Origin: a virus
DNA: 64,000 nucleotides
Virus record (IMG/VR): IMGVR_UViG_3300033142_001406
Span: 4,138-68,137 of that record
Direction: 5' to 3' (one strand)
The notes under the pieces are model-generated. The model had not been told where the DNA came from, did not search any database, and saw only the letters and a program-made list of their open reading frames with translations. This document shows, one piece after another, positions 1-8,353 of the stretch. A program made the position numbers and the translations under genes. How positions within the stretch are numbered: the first letter of the stretch is position 1; each line of letters starts with the position of its first letter.

Positions 1-213
1 GAGGCCTATTGTATCGTTTACGAACTCTTCTATAATAAGTTGTTGAAATAGTTCGTAAAGACCCCTTGTAATATGTTCGTTACTTAAGTTCTCTATATCG
101 TTATAAATAGAACCAATAAATACTGGCTTATCCCCCTCCTTTATCAGTTCCAGTATAAATCTATTACAGATAACGGCTTGCTCTGCAAGCCCCAAGTTAA
201 ATTCAGATTTCAA
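1..213 (-). CDS. Winged-helix-like protein, truncated by the window edge (not in the ORF track)
   Basis: TTG at 213 after an AAGGAG SD; frame open to position 1: MKSEFNLGLAEQAVICNRFILELIKEGDKPVFIGSIYNDIENLSNEHITRGLYELFQQLIIEE..., resembling 3494-3796. Confidence 0.6.
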   Translation of the reverse strand, partial: MKSEFNLGLAEQAVICNRFILELIKEGDKPVFIGSIYNDIENLSNEHITRGLYELFQQLIIEEFVNDTIGL

Positions 214-505
214 TTGTACAGTCTCCTTTATTTACCCACGCTTCCAGCGTGATCTCCCCTTCGTAGAACTTCTCTAAGCACTCCCGGACCATACTCCCGA
301 CCTCTTCAGCCTCTTCGTCTGTCAGCGGGTTGTAGACCCACTTTGCTGCTTTAAAACTGATTCTGGTTCGGTTGGTGGTTATCCTAACTGCCCGTATTGT
401 TACGTAATCTCTGAACCCAAGGTGAATCTGAATCTTATTTAAATCCGTTCGTGAGATTGGTGGTTGTGTGACAACCACTACAACGTAATCGGTTAGCATA
501 CTCAC
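203..505 (-). CDS. Hypothetical protein
   Basis: 100 aa ORF overlapping both neighbours in the operon. Confidence 0.7.
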   Translation of the reverse strand: MSMLTDYVVVVVTQPPISRTDLNKIQIHLGFRDYVTIRAVRITTNRTRISFKAAKWVYNPLTDEEAEEVGSMVRECLEKFYEGEITLEAWVNKGDCTIEI

Positions 506-798
506 CTTTTCTTTGTTACCCGTTGAAATTCTTTATATAAATCTTTACCGTGCGCCGTGAGAACAAGCTGATTTGCAATACTCTTTTTCTCGGAAACTTG
601 CGCGAATACAAGATCCTTATTTGCTAATTTTACCGCACACTTACAAACAAGCGCGTTGTTCATCCCGATTAGTTTGCAGATATCCGGCTGGTGGACAACT
701 GTGTTGGCCCCTACGCAAAGGAATACGTTGAACTGGTTGATATTCCCCCCGAAATAGTTGGAGACAAACTGGAGTGCTTCAGTAATATTACCTCTCAT
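502..798 (-). CDS. MarR-like winged-helix protein (start revised to ATG 798)
   Basis: MRGNITEALQFVSNYFGG-QFNVFLCV...HQPDICKLIG...LVLTAHGKDLY; the longer ORF call overlaps the upstream gene. Confidence 0.75.
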   Translation of the reverse strand: MRGNITEALQFVSNYFGGNINQFNVFLCVGANTVVHQPDICKLIGMNNALVCKCAVKLANKDLVFAQVSEKKSIANQLVLTAHGKDLYKEFQRVTKKR

Positions 799-799
799 A

Positions 800-1153
800 T
801 TATTGTAACTCTTTCTTATAATTATAGATAAATTCAAGCAGCTTATTATATATCCCCACACCCTTTGGGGTGAGTTCCAATACAGATATATTGGGATATT
901 CTGGATGCTTACGGGTTCTGATATAATCGAGCGGCTTTTGACCAGCAACAATCTTATAGTTCTTTGCTGGGCCTAACGATCTGATTATCTTACGTATTTT
1001 CTGCTCCCCCACGTCTATAGCAGCCTTTACCCCGCTCCGTAAAACCATCCCGTTCTCCGCAACGTAAATAAAGAGCAAGAACTGCGTAACGCCGCCCTCA
1101 GTATGAAAATAGCGGTGTCCGAATTTGAGTGCTATAAGCAAATCAGAATCCAT
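800..1153 (-). CDS. MarR-like winged-helix protein
   Basis: QFLLFIYVAE helix, HTH, wing ending LELTPKGVGIY. Confidence 0.75.
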   Translation of the reverse strand: MDSDLLIALKFGHRYFHTEGGVTQFLLFIYVAENGMVLRSGVKAAIDVGEQKIRKIIRSLGPAKNYKIVAGQKPLDYIRTRKHPEYPNISVLELTPKGVGIYNKLLEFIYNYKKELQ

Positions 1154-1156
1154 ACT

Positions 1157-1450
1157 TTAAACCCCGACAAACTCTTTAAAGTTTTTTAAGTAATCCACAC
1201 CCTTGGGTGTGAGGGAGGCTCCTTTTCTTCGTAGGTCGTCTTCATCCACTCTCTCTTCAATCAGTTTCTCTTCAAACAGTCTGAGGACTGCCTTGCTGAC
1301 GGAACTTCTTGATAAGTTTAGGACTTTTTCTAATTCTACGCGGGATATCTCTCTTGCCTCTGCTATATATAGGAACACTCTCAGCACACTTATCGTACCA
1401 GAAAAGTGTTTGTCACACCATCCAACTGCCAGTTCTAAATTACAAATCAT
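1157..1450 (-). CDS. MarR family winged-helix protein
   Basis: SRVELEKVLNLSRSSVSKAVLRLFEEKLIEERVDEDDLRRKGASLTPKG is a typical MarR HTH and wing. Confidence 0.85.
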   Translation of the reverse strand: MICNLELAVGWCDKHFSGTISVLRVFLYIAEAREISRVELEKVLNLSRSSVSKAVLRLFEEKLIEERVDEDDLRRKGASLTPKGVDYLKNFKEFVGV

Positions 1451-1674
1451 ACGAACCCCTTTACAATTTCAACCTTGTACTTTAATACTTTTTCGTCCAG
1501 CCGGTCTTCCATACACGCTATAAACAGTTTCTCAACCCGGCACACTTCGTTCAGATCCAGCGGAAGGTACTTCCACCCCTCGGAGCTGATACGGAACTCA
1601 GTTGTTGTCTCTGCGATCCTAACGGATCTGTTGATCTTATACCCGCCAAGCAACTCGAAGAAATATATAAGCAT
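1447..1674 (-). CDS. Hypothetical protein
   Basis: 75 aa ORF overlapping the next gene's start. Confidence 0.6.
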   Translation of the reverse strand: MLIYFFELLGGYKINRSVRIAETTTEFRISSEGWKYLPLDLNEVCRVEKLFIACMEDRLDEKVLKYKVEIVKGFV

Positions 1675-1690
1675 ATCAATTATTACGGGT

Positions 1691-2035
1691 TCAAGTTTGA
1701 TCCCGGTTAGGGTTATCGTTACGTATTGGTTGATAAATCCGACTCTCCTCTTTTTTGTACTTTTCTTCCAGAACTACAAGCTTTTCCCAATCTTGGAGAG
1801 TCTTAACGTAGTTTGTAGTGTTTAAAATCCTAAATCCGACGTAGATTATGCAGAACGCGCAAAGTAGTACTGCGTAGGATGTGACGTAATCTTTACCAAC
1901 GTAAAACAACCTAAGACTAACCCAAAGGAGAAACACACCTATAGCGGGAAGAATATTCCCGACAAGCGCACCTTCCTTAATCCTTTTTGGAATCTGTCTC
2001 TTAGAGTGTTCCAGCTCCGCTTTTGCGTTTATCAT
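1691..2035 (-). CDS. Small membrane protein (2 TM)
   Basis: Hydrophobic segments ILPAIGVFLLWVSLRLFYV and YAVLLCAFCIIYVGF. Confidence 0.65.
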   Translation of the reverse strand: MINAKAELEHSKRQIPKRIKEGALVGNILPAIGVFLLWVSLRLFYVGKDYVTSYAVLLCAFCIIYVGFRILNTTNYVKTLQDWEKLVVLEEKYKKEESRIYQPIRNDNPNRDQT

Positions 2036-2291
2036 CCTCTCTCATCTCCCTTACACTCCAAGCTAATCCCAAAAGATAACGGTCACTTACTGGCTCTTTG
2101 TCCAAGAGTCTCTGTATCGTTTCGGAGCAAACTTCCGCGAGGCGGTTTCCCCTCCGGCTAAGGGCGCAACTGCTGTAAGATTCTTGATAGATTAACAATT
2201 CCCGAAGCGAAAGCTTCTGAAGATATTCCAAAGCTTGTAACGCCGCAGGATGCGGCTCCGTATCTTTAAGCTGTCCTATACCCATCCTCAT
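2001..2291 (-). CDS. Hypothetical protein
   Basis: 96 aa ORF within the coupled operon. Confidence 0.65.
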   Translation of the reverse strand: MRMGIGQLKDTEPHPAALQALEYLQKLSLRELLIYQESYSSCALSRRGNRLAEVCSETIQRLLDKEPVSDRYLLGLAWSVREMREDDKRKSGAGTL

Positions 2292-2571
2292 CCTCCTTTA
2301 ACACTGCAACCGTGAGTGTTAGGTGTATAATATAGATCTCACACCCCAATTCAGTTATACTTATAAGGCCGCAAGCGTCCCCGCAAATATAACCAGATCT
2401 AAGCAAGAAGCCCAGAACCTCGCAAACTTTTATAGCCCCGAACCTATCGAATTCCTTATATATATTGGTAGCTGATACGGTGTTGTTCTGGTAAAGGCAC
2501 CCCAGCACTTGGAGCTTTTGCAAATCACCTTTAAAGAATTTTAACAGATAATCTCTGTACTGATCTCTCAC
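2266..2571 (-). CDS. Winged-helix protein, paralogue of 2568-2852
   Basis: DYLLKFFKGDLQKLQVLGCL...FLLRSGYI...ISITELG. Confidence 0.7.
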   Translation of the reverse strand: MRDQYRDYLLKFFKGDLQKLQVLGCLYQNNTVSATNIYKEFDRFGAIKVCEVLGFLLRSGYICGDACGLISITELGCEIYIIHLTLTVAVLKEDEDGYRTA

Positions 2572-2852
2572 CTTTCTTGTCCCCCGTTACAATATAACGT
2601 CTCGTATTCTTTATACAATTCTTCACCCTTCGGGGTGACGTAAAGCTGACTCCTTTCTTGGGGTTCTATCATATAACCGTTCCTAAAGAGAAAACTGATT
2701 ATCTCACTCGTTCTAAGCGTCCCAATATATTTGAGATACTTATAAATATCAGCCCCCGTAAACTCGCCCATCCGGCAAATATGACCAAGACAATTTAACT
2801 TCCACACATCCCCGTCAAAATAATCTATAAGAAAATCGTTGTAGTCCTTCAT
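2568..2852 (-). CDS. Winged-helix protein
   Basis: DFLIDYFDGDVWKLNCLGHI...FLFRNGYM...LYVTPKGEELY. Confidence 0.75.
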   Translation of the reverse strand: MKDYNDFLIDYFDGDVWKLNCLGHICRMGEFTGADIYKYLKYIGTLRTSEIISFLFRNGYMIEPQERSQLYVTPKGEELYKEYETLYCNGGQER

Positions 2853-3205
2853 ATTTCCTCCAAACTTTCTGTAAGTTCAAGTAACTCTTCGTAAAGTTTC
2901 TTTCCCTTTGGGCTAAGAAAAATAACGTTGTGTGCAGAGTGTATTTTAGAGGGTTTGCTGTTTATATACCCCAAACCCTTCTGTTTTTTTGAGTCTGTCT
3001 TTGGACAACTGTCCCGGTGCCCATTCCCAAGCATCCCCACCGCTCTCCCGGCTGCTGCCCGACTTATTGAGAGTATTATAAACACTTCACTTTGTTTAAT
3101 CTTCCCAGATTCAGCAACTAAGCAAAACACCCGAAAATACCCAACCTCGTTGCGAAAGTGCTCCGCACAAAAATCTAATATTATCTGTACTTTTTCTAAG
3201 GTCAT
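2849..3205 (-). CDS. MarR-like winged-helix protein
   Basis: FRVFCLVAE...KQSEV...ISRAAAGRAV...GLGYI...IFLSPKGKKLY. Confidence 0.75.
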   Translation of the reverse strand: MTLEKVQIILDFCAEHFRNEVGYFRVFCLVAESGKIKQSEVFIILSISRAAAGRAVGMLGNGHRDSCPKTDSKKQKGLGYINSKPSKIHSAHNVIFLSPKGKKLYEELLELTESLEEI

Positions 3206-3501
3206 ACCCCGACTATCGCCCTTATATATTTCATATTATTATCGTTAATTCCCTCGGGGAACGTTCTTAAAAGAGTCGTAAGCCCCGGCTCAGTAACCGA
3301 AAACTCTGTTACTACGCAACTATCAAAAGCAACTGCTATAATAGAGTGGAGTTCAATATAGGAGTGAACAATCAGCTCTTCTAAGAGTTCGTTTGATTCC
3401 TCCCCGAACAGAACCACAAACTCGCGGATTGGTATGCTGTTGATTGCGTTATAATCTTCAATAATTTCAGATAGTTTCTGAAGTGCTGTCGCTTTAAACA
3501 T
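3202..3501 (-). CDS. Winged-helix-like protein (start revised to ATG 3501)
   Basis: LLEELIVHSYIE...FSVTEPG; similar to 4080-4433. Confidence 0.6.
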   Translation of the reverse strand: MFKATALQKLSEIIEDYNAINSIPIREFVVLFGEESNELLEELIVHSYIELHSIIAVAFDSCVVTEFSVTEPGLTTLLRTFPEGINDNNMKYIRAIVGV

Positions 3502-3796
3502 CCTTCCCCCCCTCAATCTCAATATAGGCCGCCACACCCTTGGGTTTAAGTCTGATATGTCGCAAGCGCCTATCCTCAACTATAAACCCAAAGGTGTGGA
3601 GTTCTACAATAGCCTTCCTAAGTTCTATCGGGTGTACTTCGTCGGCAAGATCGTTTAACAGCTTTGGGATCGTAACCGCTGAATTATAATAGAGAAAGTT
3701 GAGGACCAGTTTGCTGGCCCAAAGCTCTCTATCCAGCTTATCGAGCCACTCCTCAATCTCCGCTGGACTCTTCTTTATTCCGTTTGTCCGGCTCAT
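3494..3796 (-). CDS. Winged-helix protein
   Basis: ELRKAIVELHTFGFIVED...IRLKPKG. Confidence 0.7.
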   Translation of the reverse strand: MSRTNGIKKSPAEIEEWLDKLDRELWASKLVLNFLYYNSAVTIPKLLNDLADEVHPIELRKAIVELHTFGFIVEDRRLRHIRLKPKGVAAYIEIEGGKDV

Positions 3797-4083
3797 ACCC
3801 CGTTCTCTATATCTTCGAATATTCCAAGTTCAATCGCCCCCTTGGGCGTGATATTGAGATCAGCAGAAAGCCCCTCAGAGCCTTTGATCAGCCCTGCAAC
3901 AAAGATGGAAGCGGTGGTGGTGCCCAACAGATAGGGGGATATATCCGGGAACTCCTCGATAATTTCGACGCTGGTAACGTCTTTATTATCTCCAATAAAC
4001 CTAAGCACTTCCACGAACGCTTTTCCTTCTGCCTCTAACTTCTTAAACCACTCAGCGGGTTCTTCAAGATTTTCAGAATTCAT
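3793..4083 (-). CDS. Winged-helix protein
   Basis: EVLRFIGDNKDVTSVEI...IFVAGLI...LNITPKG. Confidence 0.7.
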   Translation of the reverse strand: MNSENLEEPAEWFKKLEAEGKAFVEVLRFIGDNKDVTSVEIIEEFPDISPYLLGTTTASIFVAGLIKGSEGLSADLNITPKGAIELGIFEDIENGV

Positions 4084-4433
4084 ACAAGCAACTCCCGGTT
4101 AACCTTTTTGATTTGTTCCAGTTTATAAAAGCAGAAAGTGTCCCTCAGCTCCCGGTTTCGCTTCGTATCTTCTAAAGCCAGTTCCAGCGCGTCGGGGGAC
4201 ACGTCGACCGTGTTTATCTTAACAATTGATTTCCTTACTTCTAAGATCCCAGCAACGCTGATCAGCTCAAGATCGAAAAGAAGGGAGATATTAACGAGAG
4301 ACTCTTTTCCGTATAACTCAGTGACTTCGCTTACCGGAATCTCTACAATTCGCCCAAGCTTGTTGCAGAGCAAACAGAGCTTGTGGACGATCTGCCCAAC
4401 GAAGTGGTGGTGAGCTTGTCGTGTTGTGTGCAA
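4080..4433 (-). CDS. Winged-helix-like protein
   Basis: IPVSEVTELYGKES parallels IPIREFVVLFGEES of 3202-3501. Confidence 0.55.
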   Translation of the reverse strand: MHTTRQAHHHFVGQIVHKLCLLCNKLGRIVEIPVSEVTELYGKESLVNISLLFDLELISVAGILEVRKSIVKINTVDVSPDALELALEDTKRNRELRDTFCFYKLEQIKKVNRELLV

Positions 4434-4447
4434 TTATCCAACCCCCT

Positions 4448-5104
4448 CTAAATCTCTTCTGCTTTGCAGTACTCAGAAAGTTTAAAGTAAAATCCACGTC
4501 CCTTGGACGTTAGTTTTAAGATTGAAGTGTTGGGGGAATCCGGGCGGGGTTCGCTCTTTATTAAGCCCCTCTCGACAAGCTTGGCAAGCGTTGTGCTCAA
4601 AATCTGAGTGCTGGTTTTACTCTTAAGGCACAACTGGATTCTCTCGATACCAGCACCCTTAGCAGCACCAATAAAGACAAACGCTATAAAGGAGTTGAAC
4701 CCGCCTCCTATTTTAGAAAACCAATAAAAACAAGCCTTTGAGATATCTCCGTATAGGCCACTATTATCCTCGATAATCGAGTCGGACATATCAAAGTAGA
4801 ACTTATCTCCCGCTTTTGTTAAGTCTACGAGTTTTTTATTACGCACTCTCTTGCAAGGTGTTTTAAAGACCAGACCACTTCCGATTTGCTTTTTTCCACA
4901 CATCTCATACTTGTAAGTTATAGGCCCAAGCCGCTGAAAAGTATGGGTTATTCCGCTTAGACCGATACCAGTTTCCCTCGAAACGTCAGACGTATATTTC
5001 AGTTTATCTGCGTCCCCGGTGCTCAGAAAGACTAATAATTGAGTTAACTCACAGCCGTGATTCTCTTTCCAATAATTAAGAGCACTACCGATATCACCTA
5101 TCAC
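4448..5104 (-). CDS. Protein with two tandem MarR-like wHTH domains
   Basis: Two halves starting GDIGSALNYW / GDISKACFYW and ending VDLTKAGDKFY / LKLTSKGRGFY. Confidence 0.8.
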   Translation of the reverse strand: MIGDIGSALNYWKENHGCELTQLLVFLSTGDADKLKYTSDVSRETGIGLSGITHTFQRLGPITYKYEMCGKKQIGSGLVFKTPCKRVRNKKLVDLTKAGDKFYFDMSDSIIEDNSGLYGDISKACFYWFSKIGGGFNSFIAFVFIGAAKGAGIERIQLCLKSKTSTQILSTTLAKLVERGLIKSEPRPDSPNTSILKLTSKGRGFYFKLSEYCKAEEI

Positions 5105-5552
5105 TCTTCACCTTCCTTTCTGTTAGTATCTTTTCAAGTGTACTATAAACAGACTGTTCGATAACTTGCCGTAACCACCCACCTATATTTGCTTGGTTGC
5201 CCAATATTCTAAGCTGGACCGCTGTTATAATCTGCTGGGTTTCGTGATCCTTTAGGGGACACTCAACCCCGGTAATTTCTTTTAATCGGGCTTCATTCAT
5301 ACAACCAGAATCCTCCGCGTATAACTGTTCGCCTTTATTGAGCATACCCAAGTGGTCTGTCTCAAGAGCTTCTGCCAACCTTCTTTGCGTAACCCACCGC
5401 ATACAACTCTTACCAAGTAGGAAATTTGAAGTAGAGGTTTTAGGTACCCCGGAGATTTTGTGAAGTTGTGTAAGGGATAGCTTCCGCTTATTCAACTCGT
5501 ACCGGAGTGCTAATCTGAAAAAATAAACAACGTCGTGATCACCGTTTATCAC
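5094..5552 (-). CDS. XRE/Cro-C1-type HTH protein with C-terminal extension
   Basis: LSLTQLHKISGVPKTSTSNFLLGK...QRRLAEALE. Confidence 0.8.
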   Translation of the reverse strand: MINGDHDVVYFFRLALRYELNKRKLSLTQLHKISGVPKTSTSNFLLGKSCMRWVTQRRLAEALETDHLGMLNKGEQLYAEDSGCMNEARLKEITGVECPLKDHETQQIITAVQLRILGNQANIGGWLRQVIEQSVYSTLEKILTERKVKSDR

Positions 5553-5796
5553 TGTTCTTCTCCTCCAACAAATCTCTACCGAGATTTAGAACCTCTAAAA
5601 CAGTCATCCCGAAATAATCAGCAAGTGCTTCTTGCAGACTGAAACCGAGACCATCCCGGTCACCCCTAACAAATCTATAAATATTACCCGCACTTACATC
5701 CATAGCAAACGAAATAGAGTGTGGATTTAGCCCCGCTTCGTCTAACAGTTGAATAATAGCTGTCCTATAATAGCCCTCAAGTGTTGGTTTTTTCAC
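5539..5796 (-). CDS. XRE-type HTH protein
   Basis: YYRTAIIQLL...VSAGNIYRFVRG...QEALADYFGMTVLEVLNLG. Confidence 0.8.
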   Translation of the reverse strand: MKKPTLEGYYRTAIIQLLDEAGLNPHSISFAMDVSAGNIYRFVRGDRDGLGFSLQEALADYFGMTVLEVLNLGRDLLEEKNSDKR

Positions 5797-5797
5797 C

Positions 5798-6058
5798 CTA
5801 AGCTCTCTTCTTGAATTTAGACCGATTTGCTGATAGTTCAGCCCCCAAATTCAGCAGCTCAAGATGGGTAAGTCCAAAATATTCAGCTACTTTTTGTTCG
5901 ACGTCCAAACGCAGCCAATAAGTTCCCCGCAGAGCAGCGCTTAAATAGGTCGGTGCTAAATCAAGATCCCGGCACACTTGAACGCCCAATATTCCGGTTT
6001 CCTTGAGAAGATAATTTAGAGCTTTTTTGTAGTAATTAATTATAGTTACTTTTCGCAC
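5798..6058 (-). CDS. XRE-type HTH protein
   Basis: YYKKALNYLL...LAPTYLSAALRG...EQKVAEYFGLTHLELLNLG. Confidence 0.8.
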   Translation of the reverse strand: MRKVTIINYYKKALNYLLKETGILGVQVCRDLDLAPTYLSAALRGTYWLRLDVEQKVAEYFGLTHLELLNLGAELSANRSKFKKRA

Positions 6059-6315
6059 AATTCAATTCCTTCCACCTCGTTATTAATATGTAGTTGCTCT
6101 CCGAGATTAATCATAGCTAAGTGCGAGGTATCAAAAACTCTTGCAAGCCTCTCTTCAATCTCGTAAGTTGTATTTTTATTCTCTTGGAAAGCCCCGTAAA
6201 TAGCGGAAGCGGCTGTCTTTGTTTTTTTTGTGAGGTAAGCTCCGTTGTAGCCCTTCTCTTTCGTCAAGTGTTTAAGTGCTATTCTAAAATAATCGTGAAT
6301 ATCTAATTCTTTCAA
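6046..6315 (-). CDS. XRE-type HTH protein
   Basis: YFRIALKHL...EERLARVFDTSHLAMINLGEQL. Confidence 0.75.
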   Translation of the reverse strand: MKELDIHDYFRIALKHLTKEKGYNGAYLTKKTKTAASAIYGAFQENKNTTYEIEERLARVFDTSHLAMINLGEQLHINNEVEGIELCEK

Positions 6316-6328
6316 TTTCCTCTTACTC

Positions 6329-6673
6329 CTATTTATTATTATTATTATATTTTAGCAATTCGGATTCTATTTCTGCTGGGGATAACTTACCATCCCGCAC
6401 TTTCTCCAGTAGATTCATACTCGCTATAAAAGAGGTCTGTTTTACAATCCTCTCTCTCTTTTTTGAGGCGTTCCAAGTTGAAAACATATTCCCGAGCATA
6501 CAAACAAAAGTAAATACGCAGTAATCAGTTAAACCCAACGAGAGATATTCTTTTGTCCCGTGTATCGCAAAAAGGGGAGTAAGAAAAAGAGTGGTAACAA
6601 AGAAGATATTATCCAGATCAAGAAGCTGTCTTATTGATAACTCCTTCTTAAATAAGCTCTTGATATTTCTCAC
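6329..6673 (-). CDS. Small membrane protein (2 TM)
   Basis: IFFVTTLFLTPLFAI and YCVFTFVCMLGNMF hydrophobic segments. Confidence 0.65.
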   Translation of the reverse strand: MRNIKSLFKKELSIRQLLDLDNIFFVTTLFLTPLFAIHGTKEYLSLGLTDYCVFTFVCMLGNMFSTWNASKKRERIVKQTSFIASMNLLEKVRDGKLSPAEIESELLKYNNNNK

Positions 6674-6855
6674 TTTACGAGTCCCACTTTCTGCAAGTGC
6701 TTAACTATATTGAGGCAAGATCTTACTGCCTCACTTGCCAGAGCCTCTTCTGGGTGTGGTTTAGGTTCAATATTCCAACTCACGTTTGCTACTTCGTCGC
6801 AAACGTCTGTAATCTCGATTGTTGCTTTAAATATCCTCTTGTTCTCTTCGTTCAT
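6670..6855 (-). CDS. Hypothetical protein
   Basis: 61 aa coupled ORF. Confidence 0.6.
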   Translation of the reverse strand: MNEENKRIFKATIEITDVCDEVANVSWNIEPKPHPEEALASEAVRSCLNIVKHLQKVGLVK

Positions 6856-7030
6856 CTTCGTTCCTTTTATCGACTAATTTAGCAAGTAAAAGAGCAATTA
6901 TAGTTAACGTTGGCGATTCGCTCAAAGGCAGATTAAGAATATTCGGGGGTCCCTCGAAACAAATATCGAGCTTCCCGTCCGGCAGATCTGTAAGAATTAC
7001 TCTGACGGGTGTGTCTTTGTTAATACTCAA
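6827..7030 (-). CDS. Hypothetical protein
   Basis: 67 aa, TTG start after GAGGAGG SD. Confidence 0.6.
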   Translation of the reverse strand: MSINKDTPVRVILTDLPDGKLDICFEGPPNILNLPLSESPTLTIIALLLAKLVDKRNEDERREQEDI

Positions 7031-7044
7031 AAAGTGTCCTCCTC

Positions 7045-7314
7045 TTAGTCCAGAAATTCACTTAATATTTCTAATAAATTCAGCCCTTTTTCAGAAGGGA
7101 TGCCCTTGGGCTTTTCAAACAGCGGGACCACCAACCCCGGTTTTATAAATCCTCCTTTTAAGAGGTTTGTCCTCGCTTCCGTATAATCAACGGTCTCGCA
7201 AGCTCCCCGCGAGAACAGATCGTCGATATTGGGAGTGTCGTCTCTAAACCAACTTAAAAACACGATAATCTCCCAATTTGAAATCTTATCAGTGGAAGAT
7301 TGCTCCTTCAGCAC
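7045..7314 (-). CDS. Possible winged-helix-like protein
   Basis: NLLKGGFIK...PSEKGLNLL resembles the wing motif of the array. Confidence 0.5.
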   Translation of the reverse strand: MLKEQSSTDKISNWEIIVFLSWFRDDTPNIDDLFSRGACETVDYTEARTNLLKGGFIKPGLVVPLFEKPKGIPSEKGLNLLEILSEFLD

Positions 7315-7753
7315 TTTCGGCTCCTTTCGCAGCTTCTCTTTCTTTTTCTGCCATACTTGAGCGGAAACCTAAGTATGACCCTCTATTTAGAGTTATATCA
7401 TACACGCCCGGCTCTTTTGTTGAGATAGTCCCAAACAACGGTGTGAGTACAAATTGACCCTCTTCCTCCATATGAGCCTCCGAGCAGGTTTGAACAATAG
7501 CAAAGAATATATTGTTGTATTCTTCGATAGTTAGTCCGTCTTTTTCTATTCTATCCGAGATATCAATCCGGTAATTAAACTGCTTAGTTGCTACAACTTG
7601 TTCAAGGAGTTTTTGGAGAATACTAGCACCCACCTCGCAAAGCTCCGGGCCAAAAAAGGACATCTGAACCTCCCCTTCTGGAGCTTCTTCTCTCATCTTT
7701 TTTAGATCTTCTCGCGAAAGCTCTTTGTCTATTACTTTTAATTTAACGGTCAT
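7289..7753 (-). CDS. Hypothetical protein, first gene of the leftward operon
   Basis: 154 aa, ATG start, upstream non-coding region. Confidence 0.7.
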   Translation of the reverse strand: MTVKLKVIDKELSREDLKKMREEAPEGEVQMSFFGPELCEVGASILQKLLEQVVATKQFNYRIDISDRIEKDGLTIEEYNNIFFAIVQTCSEAHMEEEGQFVLTPLFGTISTKEPGVYDITLNRGSYLGFRSSMAEKEREAAKGAESAEGAIFH

Positions 7754-7929
7754 TCCTATCTCTCTTTCTCCAGATATTATATTATATTATCTCTGATAGT
7801 ATTCAGTGGTATTACTTTTCTTCCGTTGTCCAAAATAACTCCCAAATAGTCTATAAGCAGTATCGGAGATACGTATACAAGTCAAGCACTTTCTCGGTAT
7901 GCGCCGACGCAACTTAAGAACATCCGTAT

Positions 7930-8330
7930 GGGCGCATTCTGGAGACTTTACCACACTCGCGTATACATACGTATAGGCCCTGCTGCTTAAGTTCCCAGAA
8001 CAGCGCGTGAGCGGGTCTTACGGGAGTATAAAGACTATCCCAGAACCCACGCTACGCGCCCAATTCTTCCTAACACTATAGACTATACCTTAACGGTATA
8101 GTATAAGTTGATCCTAATAGTATATTAACAAGATGTTAATAAATACAAACCCGTAGGGTTTGTTTAATCTAATAAACTAATCTCTTATTAAGTTTAAATT
8201 AAGAGATAATTAGAAAACCCTTTAGGGTTTTCCTTATTAACTTAATAAATTAAATTAATCTAAGAATAAAGATCCCCTTTAGGGGATCTTCTTTTAATCT
8301 CTTATTAGAGAATTAAATATAAGAGATTAA
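7930..8330. other. Candidate replication origin region: long imperfect hairpin followed by an AT-rich palindrome cluster
   Basis: Inverted repeats at 7930-8061, 8082-8102, 8124-8140, 8145-8163, 8213-8232, 8269-8290, 8294-8330; directly downstream of the initiator-like gene. Confidence 0.55.
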
Positions 8331-8353
8331 TCAAAATATCTTTTTAAAGAAAC

